Virus record (IMG/VR): IMGVR_UViG_3300029288_000139
Span: 1 to 64,000 of that record
Reading direction: 5' to 3' (one strand)
Length of the DNA: 64,000 bases
Source of the DNA: a virus
Taxonomy: Duplodnaviria; Caudoviricetes
In this document: positions 39,124 through 47,732 of the stretch, piece after piece
Layout: every line of letters starts with the position of its first letter
How positions within the stretch are numbered: position 1 is the stretch's first letter
Position numbers and translations under genes: made by a program
The notes under the pieces: model-generated
The model's database searches: none
Seen by the model: only the letters and a program-made list of their open reading frames with translations
Told to the model about the DNA's origin: nothing

Positions 39124-40860
39124 TTACTCCTGAATCTCAAACCAAATATTCAATCCCTTTGCTGGGGTGGTATGAACATAATCAACATTAAATGTAATTA
39201 TATCTCCTTTAACAACGGCAGGATTTGAAATCTCTGTTTGAGGCGAATTATTCCTTGAAGTCTTTTCTCCACTATTTATTTCTATCCTAACATCAGGTGA
39301 ATCTTGAAAAATGGTTGTTCCATTGACTAATATATCAACAGTCATGGGTTCTTCAGGACTGTTTGAATCACTTCCTGCTATTGTATTGTAAGCACCACAA
39401 GCAACTATATTACCAGTTATTGGACATTCAAAGTCTCCTCCCAAACTTGTTCCTATTGAACAATTAGTGTCATGAGCAACTAAAATAACTGTAACAGATC
39501 TTATAGCCGATGCCATGCTTTGAACAGCTGAAAGTTCTGCAGCAGTTAAGTGATATCTTTGTCCAGCCTGACCTCCTTGCAAAGAACTTAAATCATTGTG
39601 AGTAAAATCAGAAGAAGATTGGTCTCCTGTATTACTACCTGATGTATTTTCAATAACTGTTTTCTCTGCACTTGTTACATGATAGTATTCTTCAGGAGAA
39701 ATTGACCCTCCCTGTAAATCTGATATATTATTATGAGAAATATCGGAAGTTAAGTTATGAGTATTCTGTAAACTGTTATGGTCAAAGTCACTAGAATCTT
39801 GATCTCCTGTATTACTACCGCTAGTGTTCTGAACTACTGTATGTTCTGCAGAAGTCAAATGATAATATTCCAACGGCGAATCTGAACCACCTTGTAACAT
39901 GTTTAAATAATTATGATCAGTCTGAGGTTCATCAACAGTAAGAACTCCACCAGCTGTTATAGTCAATCCATCCCCAACAATCACCCTTCCTAAAGCACCT
40001 GTCGTTGCAATATTCGCACTCCATGAAGCATTACCTTGAGTATCAGAAATAAGAATACTTCCTGCAGCTCCACCTGTATATAATCTTATGGTTGCAAACG
40101 TCGGAGAACCATCTCTCTGCAAATTTTCCAACTGAGCCATAGCATCAGTCAGATATCCATAATCAGCAGCATTCAAATGATACATATAACTATTTATAGT
40201 ATCACCACCTTGTAAAGATTGCAGATTATTATGCTCAATATCTCCTTCAAGTATTGCTCCGGTTTCGGCCAATGTTTTCTTTGACCATCTTACGGGAGAA
40301 CTATCGCCAATAAGAAAATCATTTTCATCAACTGGATAATCAATATCCCAATTCGCTTGAACAACATCCCAATAAGCTCCAACGGCAGTTTCATCTCCAA
40401 CAGGCGTTCCGTCATGATTACAAAATATAGTGTCTCCAACTTCTACAACCTTTCCATTGACTCCACCTATTCTACCAGCAACAGAAACTTTCCATGCCCA
40501 TCCAGCATCAGCAGCAGGATAATTTGGATTCGCTGAGCAATCAATAACTCCTTTATACTCGAACACATCATGAAGACCAATGTCTTCCGGTATTAATGTA
40601 ATGTCTCCTGTCAAAGCATGACCATTAATTTTTGTTGTCTTTGGTACAAAAATAGCTTCAAACGGAGTCATATCTAATGGTAGTCCTGAAACAATTGAAC
40701 CGTCAGGCAATAACCATTTTGCTGGAAACCATTGATGTTTTACATACCAATCAGCTCTTTTTGCATCTGCTGGAGCCCACATAGCACCAGCAAAGGTTTG
40801 TATTGAACCATCGGGCATCAAGAACTTATTTGGAAAAGGTATTTCATTAACGTATGACAT
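39124..40860 (-). CDS. head fibre-like protein with HN..LQGG..YHL repeats
   Basis: four full and one partial repeat; several segments shared with 29804..33094. Confidence 0.7.
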   Translation of the reverse strand: MSYVNEIPFPNKFLMPDGSIQTFAGAMWAPADAKRADWYVKHQWFPAKWLLPDGSIVSGLPLDMTPFEAIFVPKTTKINGHALTGDITLIPEDIGLHDVFEYKGVIDCSANPNYPAADAGWAWKVSVAGRIGGVNGKVVEVGDTIFCNHDGTPVGDETAVGAYWDVVQANWDIDYPVDENDFLIGDSSPVRWSKKTLAETGAILEGDIEHNNLQSLQGGDTINSYMYHLNAADYGYLTDAMAQLENLQRDGSPTFATIRLYTGGAAGSILISDTQGNASWSANIATTGALGRVIVGDGLTITAGGVLTVDEPQTDHNYLNMLQGGSDSPLEYYHLTSAEHTVVQNTSGSNTGDQDSSDFDHNSLQNTHNLTSDISHNNISDLQGGSISPEEYYHVTSAEKTVIENTSGSNTGDQSSSDFTHNDLSSLQGGQAGQRYHLTAAELSAVQSMASAIRSVTVILVAHDTNCSIGTSLGGDFECPITGNIVACGAYNTIAGSDSNSPEEPMTVDILVNGTTIFQDSPDVRIEINSGEKTSRNNSPQTEISNPAVVKGDIITFNVDYVHTTPAKGLNIWFEIQE

Positions 40861-40872
40861 TATAATTGCTCC

Positions 40873-41856
40873 TTATAACATTGTTTTGAAAGAAAACTTT
40901 AAAGCTTCATAAATATCTCTACCTTGAGCTTTTGCATCATAATATATTTCTTTTGCTTTCTCATAAGTAATGTCCTTGCCATATACATTCTTGGCTGTTG
41001 CTTGTATAAATCTTATTTGAGTGTCTTCTGATTTATTATATTCATCATCTTTTGTTTTGGAGTCTTTTACTTTATTCTGGTCAATTAATCTTCGTGCTGT
41101 TGTTCTTGCTCCAAGCAAAGTTTCTTGAACTCCTTTATAAATCTCCCTACCATTTTTCTGTATTGTAAATTCAAAAACATCTTTCCCATACTCTCTAACA
41201 GAAATTTTATAGTCTCTGTAATCGTCGATCCACACGTCTTTTGTTTTGGAGTCTTTGCTTTCTCTAAATCTCTTTGCAACTTCCTTCTGGCCATCATTAA
41301 ATCCGTCATTCCAAGAATCTTTCAAATCTGCGTAACCAGATCTTGAAACATTTGTATATGGATTCGCAGAAGAAGACTTACCCATCAATGCAGCTTCATG
41401 ACCTTCATCATACGCTTCTTCGGAACGAGAATCATCTTTTGTTTTGGAATCTTCAACCCAAACCTGCTCTGTTTTACCATTTGGATATCTGATTTCTATG
41501 TGTTGTCTTGGTTTGGGGTCACTCCAATATTCAAATTGACCTTCTTTAGCTTTTTTCTTTAACTCTTCAATTGTCATGGATTTTGTACCAAAAGAAGATG
41601 TCCCTGCATCTTTTGTTTTGGAGTCTTTTGATAGATTATTATCTATTCTCTTTTCAATTTCTTCTAAGGTAAGATATTGAATTTTATCTCCTGCACTACC
41701 AATATAATAATATCTGGTCTGTCCAATATGACTATCCACATCTTTAAAAATATCGACTCCCTTATAAGTCAAAAACTTTTCACTATCTAACACCAATTCT
41801 CTTTGTCCTGAAATTATTCTTCCATTCTTAATGTCTTTGATTTTGTGAAGTAACAT
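40873..41856 (-). CDS. modular polyprotein E (leader plus 5 modules joined by DSKTKD)
   Basis: four DSKTKD linkers; leader MLLHKIKDIKNGRII. Confidence 0.85.
   Translation of the reverse strand: MLLHKIKDIKNGRIISGQRELVLDSEKFLTYKGVDIFKDVDSHIGQTRYYYIGSAGDKIQYLTLEEIEKRIDNNLSKDSKTKDAGTSSFGTKSMTIEELKKKAKEGQFEYWSDPKPRQHIEIRYPNGKTEQVWVEDSKTKDDSRSEEAYDEGHEAALMGKSSSANPYTNVSRSGYADLKDSWNDGFNDGQKEVAKRFRESKDSKTKDVWIDDYRDYKISVREYGKDVFEFTIQKNGREIYKGVQETLLGARTTARRLIDQNKVKDSKTKDDEYNKSEDTQIRFIQATAKNVYGKDITYEKAKEIYYDAKAQGRDIYEALKFSFKTML
41046..41625 (-). repeat. four copies of the 19-bp linker GAYTCCAAAACAAAAGAYG
   Basis: copies at 41046-41064, 41235-41253, 41433-41451, 41607-41625. Confidence 0.95.
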
Positions 41857-41867
41857 TTTATCCTCCC

Positions 41868-42773
41868 TTATGCTGCTTTCAAAAATTCTTGTTCTGATAT
41901 TTTCATAAATTCTCTTTTATTCATTCTGACAATTTTTCCACCAACATGTACTCTTGCTGGCCAACTCACATCATCAAGCCTAATAAGCGGAGCTGCATAA
42001 CAACGACAATTGAACGTAGCTCCCGGCAAATAATCCCCATACGGTTTTGCCTTTCGATCAGGAAACAAAGCTTCTGGATTTGGAGGATCATTCCATGTAC
42101 ATAAAACATTATCCATCTTCCTATGAGCACTTCTTGTTCTTCCATCTCCAGAATATCCCCCCGTAGCTTTCCATACAAACCAATTTAATCCGATCTCTTC
42201 TGCCCTTGCCTTCACCATATTTGTAACCATCTTTGAAGTTTCTGTTCTGGCAATAAGCATGGCTCGGGATTTTGTAACTATTCCTGTTTGTGACAACTCC
42301 TTAGCAACTGTTTCCGCTCTTGTCCCTGTAGTTAAATTATTTCTAACAATTTCTTGTATTCTTTCCGCAGCACTTAATGGAAGAGAAGTGATTAACTTAA
42401 CATTATCTCGTATAAAAGCATCCATTGCTTCTTTTATATTTGCTCTTGCTAATTCTCTCTTCATTTCCTCACTCATTCGTTCTGAATGCTGTTCCCATTC
42501 CTTTATATCTTCATTCTTCAAACTATAAACAAGCTTTGTTACTGTTTGCTGTGCCCAATCTTTTAATCTAACAGAATAATCATGTAATCTATTTTGAACA
42601 TTCTCAATATCTTCCAATGTAACTTTGTCTTTATTTGTATCTAATTTCTTAGTAAAGTCTTTCACAATACTATCAACTTCACGACCAACATTAGCAAGGT
42701 TTCTAGCATACTCTTGTTCAATTCTTTTAGTAAGTTTCTTGCTTACTATTCTGTTGGGTTTCTTCTCATCCAT
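41868..42773 (-). CDS. minor head protein (Mu gpF / SPP1 gp7-like)
   Basis: RAMLIARTETSK, W.A.G...TRSAH..MD, PG..FNCRC.A.P. Confidence 0.9.
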   Translation of the reverse strand: MDEKKPNRIVSKKLTKRIEQEYARNLANVGREVDSIVKDFTKKLDTNKDKVTLEDIENVQNRLHDYSVRLKDWAQQTVTKLVYSLKNEDIKEWEQHSERMSEEMKRELARANIKEAMDAFIRDNVKLITSLPLSAAERIQEIVRNNLTTGTRAETVAKELSQTGIVTKSRAMLIARTETSKMVTNMVKARAEEIGLNWFVWKATGGYSGDGRTRSAHRKMDNVLCTWNDPPNPEALFPDRKAKPYGDYLPGATFNCRCYAAPLIRLDDVSWPARVHVGGKIVRMNKREFMKISEQEFLKAA

Positions 42774-44522
42774 TTACGTTTCCTTTGTAAAAAACTTTTT
42801 TGCTACTTCTTTTGCTGCATTTTGTATCTTTTCTTTCATCCCAGAAAAATTCAAGTTTATCTTTAAAGGACTTACTACTTCACTAATTGATTTCACTCCG
42901 GGTATTGCATTAGGAACTTCGTCTCTCTGGCTTTCTTTTTCCTTTTCAGAGATTGATTGAGCTTTACCAACAATTGGAGACATAGTTGATTGAGCCTTCA
43001 TTTCTTCCGGTGTTGGAGATGATAAACTAACACCTCCTCCTGAAATTCCTACATCTTCCTCTTCTTCTTTATTTTGAGAAGAGGGTTCTACTTCAGACTC
43101 TGGGACAGAAGGAGACGGCATCCCCTCAGAAGGAATCCCAGAAGGAGGCTCATTCTCATCATCTTTCTTGGCCTTATTAATATCATCTTCAGTTAAATTC
43201 GTAAAGCGTCCTGTGATTCTAGATGATTGAATTAATTCTTTTGTTGCTATTTCTTTACTTACTAATCCTCCTGAATAAGCAGCATTAATTGTTGTCATAT
43301 CGGAGGTTGCTATTTCAGCCATCTCTTTATCGCTCATCTGCCATAATGAATTGAACTTATACTCAAAATCAGGAGGCAATCTCTTTCCTAACTCCGAAAC
43401 TGAAAGAACTTCTAACAATTTTGTCATGGAAGGACGTAATTTATTTTCTTGCTCACGATAAACATTGTCGTAGTAATTTCTTAAATCAGTTTCCCCAGTA
43501 TTGAATCCTGCAGGAGATTGTCCAAATAATCTAACCAATGGTATTCCTGTAGCTCCAGAAACTTGCTGTCCTAATTCTTGTAGTAAATCAGCAGCCCCAC
43601 TAATCGCTGAATTCGCATGAGGTACAAAATCGTCTAGCCCATCAAGCATTGTTATTCCTTCGTTTGTTTGCATCTGTCTAATATAATCCCATTGCTTAAT
43701 GATGGCGTTCTCTTCTCTCCCACCTAACGCCAATGCTTCTCTTAATCCGTTAATCTTAACAACTCTTAAGTATGCTCTGTACATTAACTGACTAGCTCCA
43801 AGAGTCGCTGAATCATAAGCAATCAGTCTGTCATATATTCTCTCTACAATAGAAAGTCCCCAATGATTTTCCATCAACCTTTGATAATAAGGAAGGGTAA
43901 TTCCATCAAATCTTAATACACGACTATAATGAATTTTAATGTTAGGAAGTTTTGAACCACCGACGGATGTGTGAACTCGATAGAATTTTGGTTTCCCAAA
44001 ATCTTTATTAAGGTCGGTTATTAAATTGGATAGGTCTGGTTCACACATCCATCGATCTAACACCAATAACCCTCTAAAAGTTTTTTGTCCTATCTTGTCG
44101 TAATCAATTGGCTTACTATAATCTGCTCCGTCAATAAGCATAATGGCAATAGCACCGCCATATAATCTTGCCCATCTTATTGTATTACCTAATGATTCCC
44201 AAACATCAAAATCAGACATAGCAACATACAACTTTTTAACTTCATCAGGGGACAATTTTGATAAAATGTCAATACCCATCTTTGTCATATCTTCAGCAAT
44301 AACATCAACAGCCTGTCCAATTAACCATGAGCTTCTATATCCTGCCTCTAGAGTAACTCTTTGTCTACTCATTAAATTATTTAATGAGTAAGTGGCTTGA
44401 GACATTGGATTATCAGTTCCATATCCAACTCTGTGCATGAAATTGGAGAAGGAGTCTTCTGTAAATTTCCCTCCAACTTTCTTATCCATTGTAGAAGTTC
44501 TTGTAAAATTTACTTTTGCCAT
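42774..44522 (-). CDS. portal protein (DUF1073-like)
   Basis: YRSSWL...VD..AEDMT..G, WARLYGGA, GATGIPLVRLFGQSPAG..TGE.D..NYYD. Confidence 0.9.
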   Translation of the reverse strand: MAKVNFTRTSTMDKKVGGKFTEDSFSNFMHRVGYGTDNPMSQATYSLNNLMSRQRVTLEAGYRSSWLIGQAVDVIAEDMTKMGIDILSKLSPDEVKKLYVAMSDFDVWESLGNTIRWARLYGGAIAIMLIDGADYSKPIDYDKIGQKTFRGLLVLDRWMCEPDLSNLITDLNKDFGKPKFYRVHTSVGGSKLPNIKIHYSRVLRFDGITLPYYQRLMENHWGLSIVERIYDRLIAYDSATLGASQLMYRAYLRVVKINGLREALALGGREENAIIKQWDYIRQMQTNEGITMLDGLDDFVPHANSAISGAADLLQELGQQVSGATGIPLVRLFGQSPAGFNTGETDLRNYYDNVYREQENKLRPSMTKLLEVLSVSELGKRLPPDFEYKFNSLWQMSDKEMAEIATSDMTTINAAYSGGLVSKEIATKELIQSSRITGRFTNLTEDDINKAKKDDENEPPSGIPSEGMPSPSVPESEVEPSSQNKEEEEDVGISGGGVSLSSPTPEEMKAQSTMSPIVGKAQSISEKEKESQRDEVPNAIPGVKSISEVVSPLKINLNFSGMKEKIQNAAKEVAKKFFTKET

Positions 44523-44954
44523 TTATCTGAACTCCAGTGTCTCTTTAAATAAGTACATTTGCATTTCTGTTATCTCACCTAAATATTCTTGGCTTTGATA
44601 ATGAGCTAAAAAAGCATCACGTGCTGATTCTTTGTTGTCAAATCCCAACATAATCTTTTCTTCACGATCATCTTTACCGAGTCTAATAATATAAACGGAA
44701 GAAGCGTAAGGATTATGACCGACAAAACAATCAATGCACTCACCATCAACGCCGACCGTCCCATCAATGTAGCCGTATCGATAGAACATAGTGGTTTTTC
44801 CCGTCTGTCCTTCATTATTCTTCCATCTCCTAACACTGCCTTCATCATTCTCCACAGTAATAGGCAGTCCTTGAAATGTTAATTTACTTGTTCCACCTTT
44901 TTCATTCTTTGGAACTACTGTTCCATTTACAATATCAACTTCTGAAAATAACAT
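44523..44954 (-). CDS. ORF D: leader plus inorganic pyrophosphatase-like (InPase) domain
   Basis: I.VEN..GS.R, YGYI.GT.G.DG...D.FVG, E.K.MLGF.....A..AF..HY; start moved to MLFSEV. Confidence 0.75.
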   Translation of the reverse strand: MLFSEVDIVNGTVVPKNEKGGTSKLTFQGLPITVENDEGSVRRWKNNEGQTGKTTMFYRYGYIDGTVGVDGECIDCFVGHNPYASSVYIIRLGKDDREEKIMLGFDNKESARDAFLAHYQSQEYLGEITEMQMYLFKETLEFR

Positions 44955-44959
44955 AAATT

Positions 44960-45184
44960 TTATTTCTCTTTGTCTTTTTCTACCCAAAAATTATCTATCT
45001 TCTGTTTCAAATCTTCCCAAGAAGAAGAATTAAATCTTTTATTCTCTTCTCTTCCTAAACCAACAAACTCTCCCTCAGATTGTGATATTTGAAAACCTTT
45101 ATAAATTAAAGGAGGAATTTCATAAGCGTCTTCCGTCTTCCTTCTAATCATTCCATTTTCAACTGTGACTTCATTACTTAACAT
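44960..45184 (-). CDS. ORF C: leader plus one small module
   Basis: AAGGAG RBS; MLSNEVTVENGMIRRKTED. Confidence 0.75.
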   Translation of the reverse strand: MLSNEVTVENGMIRRKTEDAYEIPPLIYKGFQISQSEGEFVGLGREENKRFNSSSWEDLKQKIDNFWVEKDKEK

Positions 45185-45185
45185 T

Positions 45186-47240
45186 TTATTCTCCTTTAGC
45201 TGTCTTCTCTTCATCCACCGCTTCCTGCTTCGTACTTTGTAATCTGTCCGGTGGATGATTCGGAGGACTGTATAATGTATACAGTTTCAAAGGTTCTTCT
45301 CCAATATTTTTTATATTGTGTTGAGTCCCAGCTTTAATCACAATAGAAGAACCATCTTGAAGAAGTTGCTTTCCTTGGCCTTTTACTTCTAATATTCCTT
45401 CTCCTTTTTCAATGCGGAAAAACTGGTCAACATCAGCATGAACTTCCATACCAATATCTTCCTCCGGAAGTAATGACATCAAAACCAATTGAATATTCTT
45501 GCCAGTAAAAAGAACTTTTCTAAAAGCATTATTCTCAACTGTTTCCTTTTCAATATTCCTTACATCAAACTCAGGAGTCTTTTCAAAAACAGTATTACCA
45601 AAGCTTTCATAACTTTCATGAGTTGGTTCAGGGTCTACGTCTTTAACCATTCCAACATGCTCGGTAACAATCTTGTAAATCTCTTCTTCCAGTTTATGAG
45701 GATCAATACCATTCTGTTCTGCAAAAGCGTGAACCTTATCATCACCAGGATTAGGATTTGCTTTAAAGAACGCAATAAGTTTTTCTTTGATGTTGTCTTG
45801 ATCTTTCGTTTTCTTGTCCCCTGTCTTTACTTTCTTCACTTCAACATTATTTTTACTTCCATCAAATTCATTCTGTAAAGAACCTTTTACTTTTCCTGCT
45901 TTCAATTCCAATGAAGAAACACATTTTGTTCTTGCTACATCTGGAGTCGGAGCATCTATATTATGGTAATAATGATTTTCACCTTTGAGATTCAAAGTTA
46001 CATCATACAATTCGTCTTTTATTTTCTTATCAACATTACCTACTCTTTCATTTGGTTCTGCTTTTCTTGTCCCTTGTATCTCAGCATTATTACTTTCAAC
46101 CCATTTCATCATCTCAGTTCTGTTGCTAAAAATACGACGCCATTTTGTATTACTATTTCCTTTTACTCCATAAGCTTCTATTTTTTCATTGTCTTGATCC
46201 TTCGTCTTTCTCTTCACAGCTTTCTTCAATGAGTCAAGTGCTCTTAATGCTGTATCTTTTGCTATGCTTCTTTTTAAATTTTTTATTTGCTTTAAGGCAA
46301 CTGTTGCTGCGTCTTTTGTTTTGGAGTCTGTCACTGTGTTTAATGCTTTGCGGCGAAAAGCTTCTAAGTTCTGAATCATGAATTTAAGACGAATACTTCC
46401 AATTGGTGATGTTTTTAACTTTTCAATCTCTTCATCAGCATGAGAATTAATTTCATTTCTCGTTGCTTCTTCATAAAAACGTTTATTGCATATAGGGCAT
46501 ATATTAACAATTGCATCTCTCGTCTTCATGTCTACAGTTCCTTCCTTCTCATGTATTTCTTTGACCAAATGACCAACAGCTTCTTCTTCAGTACCTTCCA
46601 CTACAGTATAGGTTTTTCCATTATATTTAGCTGATGCAGCAAAATACCCATTTTTACCCTGATTTACTGTCATGTTAATTCCATAAATGGATACTGAATG
46701 AGAATCACCAACACCAGCTCTTATACTTTCAATTTGTTGTTTCACAGCTTTTATCTCCTCTTCTGTTTCCCGAAACTCTTCTAGGTCTCCTGTAATTCTA
46801 CAATTGATTTTATATCTTTCTAATTGATCAATTCTTTTTTTCAAAGTCTCAACATTTGGATTATCATCTCTCAATGTAATTCTTCCGTCACAATGGGGGC
46901 AATGTTTTGTGGTGTAAAAGGAAGATTGATCTTTTCCCCATTTCCTCATTCTTGGTCTTATTACATCTCTTTGGAACTGAGCATTACATTTGGGACAGGC
47001 GATAAGATCCTGGTCTTTTGTAATGGAAACAACATAGGGTCTATCTATCCTACCACATCTGGGGCAGGAAATCATAGGACCAGCAATGATTCTGTTTCCT
47101 TCAATTGTATAATCATTAGAGGAAATTGTCCATCTATGTTTACATCTAACATCATTACATTCAACTACAATATTATTTTCCTCAGAGTCTCTTACAATGA
47201 TTCTGTTGTCTTTTATTTCTTTTACTTCAGAGAGTAACAT
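45186..47240 (-). CDS. modular polyprotein B (leader, about 10 mini-modules, C-terminal cupin)
   Basis: AGGAGAG RBS; CxxC modules; TKD/TRD linkers; cupin IGMEVH..VDQFFRIEKG...IKAGTQHN...LYTLYSPP.H. Confidence 0.85.
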   Translation of the reverse strand: MLLSEVKEIKDNRIIVRDSEENNIVVECNDVRCKHRWTISSNDYTIEGNRIIAGPMISCPRCGRIDRPYVVSITKDQDLIACPKCNAQFQRDVIRPRMRKWGKDQSSFYTTKHCPHCDGRITLRDDNPNVETLKKRIDQLERYKINCRITGDLEEFRETEEEIKAVKQQIESIRAGVGDSHSVSIYGINMTVNQGKNGYFAASAKYNGKTYTVVEGTEEEAVGHLVKEIHEKEGTVDMKTRDAIVNICPICNKRFYEEATRNEINSHADEEIEKLKTSPIGSIRLKFMIQNLEAFRRKALNTVTDSKTKDAATVALKQIKNLKRSIAKDTALRALDSLKKAVKRKTKDQDNEKIEAYGVKGNSNTKWRRIFSNRTEMMKWVESNNAEIQGTRKAEPNERVGNVDKKIKDELYDVTLNLKGENHYYHNIDAPTPDVARTKCVSSLELKAGKVKGSLQNEFDGSKNNVEVKKVKTGDKKTKDQDNIKEKLIAFFKANPNPGDDKVHAFAEQNGIDPHKLEEEIYKIVTEHVGMVKDVDPEPTHESYESFGNTVFEKTPEFDVRNIEKETVENNAFRKVLFTGKNIQLVLMSLLPEEDIGMEVHADVDQFFRIEKGEGILEVKGQGKQLLQDGSSIVIKAGTQHNIKNIGEEPLKLYTLYSPPNHPPDRLQSTKQEAVDEEKTAKGE
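46310..46328 (-). repeat. 19-bp DSKTKD linker copy
   Basis: GACTCCAAAACAAAAGACG on the minus strand. Confidence 0.9.
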
Positions 47241-47321
47241 TTTATTTTGTCTCTCCTCTTTTAAACTGATCTGCTCTTTCAAACAATCTTCTTATTGCTG
47301 CATTACTCCAACCGTCATCTT

Positions 47322-47714
47322 TTAAGGACTCTGTCGTATGTCGGAAAACGTTTTAAATTTCTGCAGATATTCTATTTTTAACGCTCTTATTTGCTCCATA
47401 AGGTTTTTCTCTTCTTGACTGCCTACGGCAGTTTTTCCAAGTTGGTCATCCAACTTTTTAATCTTATTTTCTAAATCTTCTCTTTCTCCGTCTTTTGTTT
47501 TGGAATCTCTTTGTCCTTTTAAAATCAAATCTTGAATTTCTTTTTCAAGCTGTTTAATCTCATATTCAACATCCCCAGTTTCTCTTCCTTCGTTTTTCCA
47601 ATCCTGCAATCTTCTTTTTGCATCAGAAAGCTCTTCTCTTAAATCAGATAGTTCACTATCTTTTGTCTTTATTCTTACCATACCATTAACAACATCAACG
47701 TCTTTGGATAACAT
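47322..47714 (-). CDS. modular protein A (leader plus two coiled-coil modules)
   Basis: MLSKDVDVVNGMVRIKTKD...RDSKTKD. Confidence 0.8.
   Translation of the reverse strand: MLSKDVDVVNGMVRIKTKDSELSDLREELSDAKRRLQDWKNEGRETGDVEYEIKQLEKEIQDLILKGQRDSKTKDGEREDLENKIKKLDDQLGKTAVGSQEEKNLMEQIRALKIEYLQKFKTFSDIRQSP
47489..47507 (-). repeat. 19-bp DSKTKD linker copy
   Basis: GATTCCAAAACAAAAGACG on the minus strand. Confidence 0.9.
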
Positions 47715-47732
47715 TTTTATTCTCCTTACAAA

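Noticed and set aside
42774-44522. Anti-CBASS Acb1 label sometimes attached to DUF1073 proteins
   Set aside because: Sequence and position are those of a portal; no 2H-phosphoesterase HxT motifs seen in the low-complexity C-terminus.
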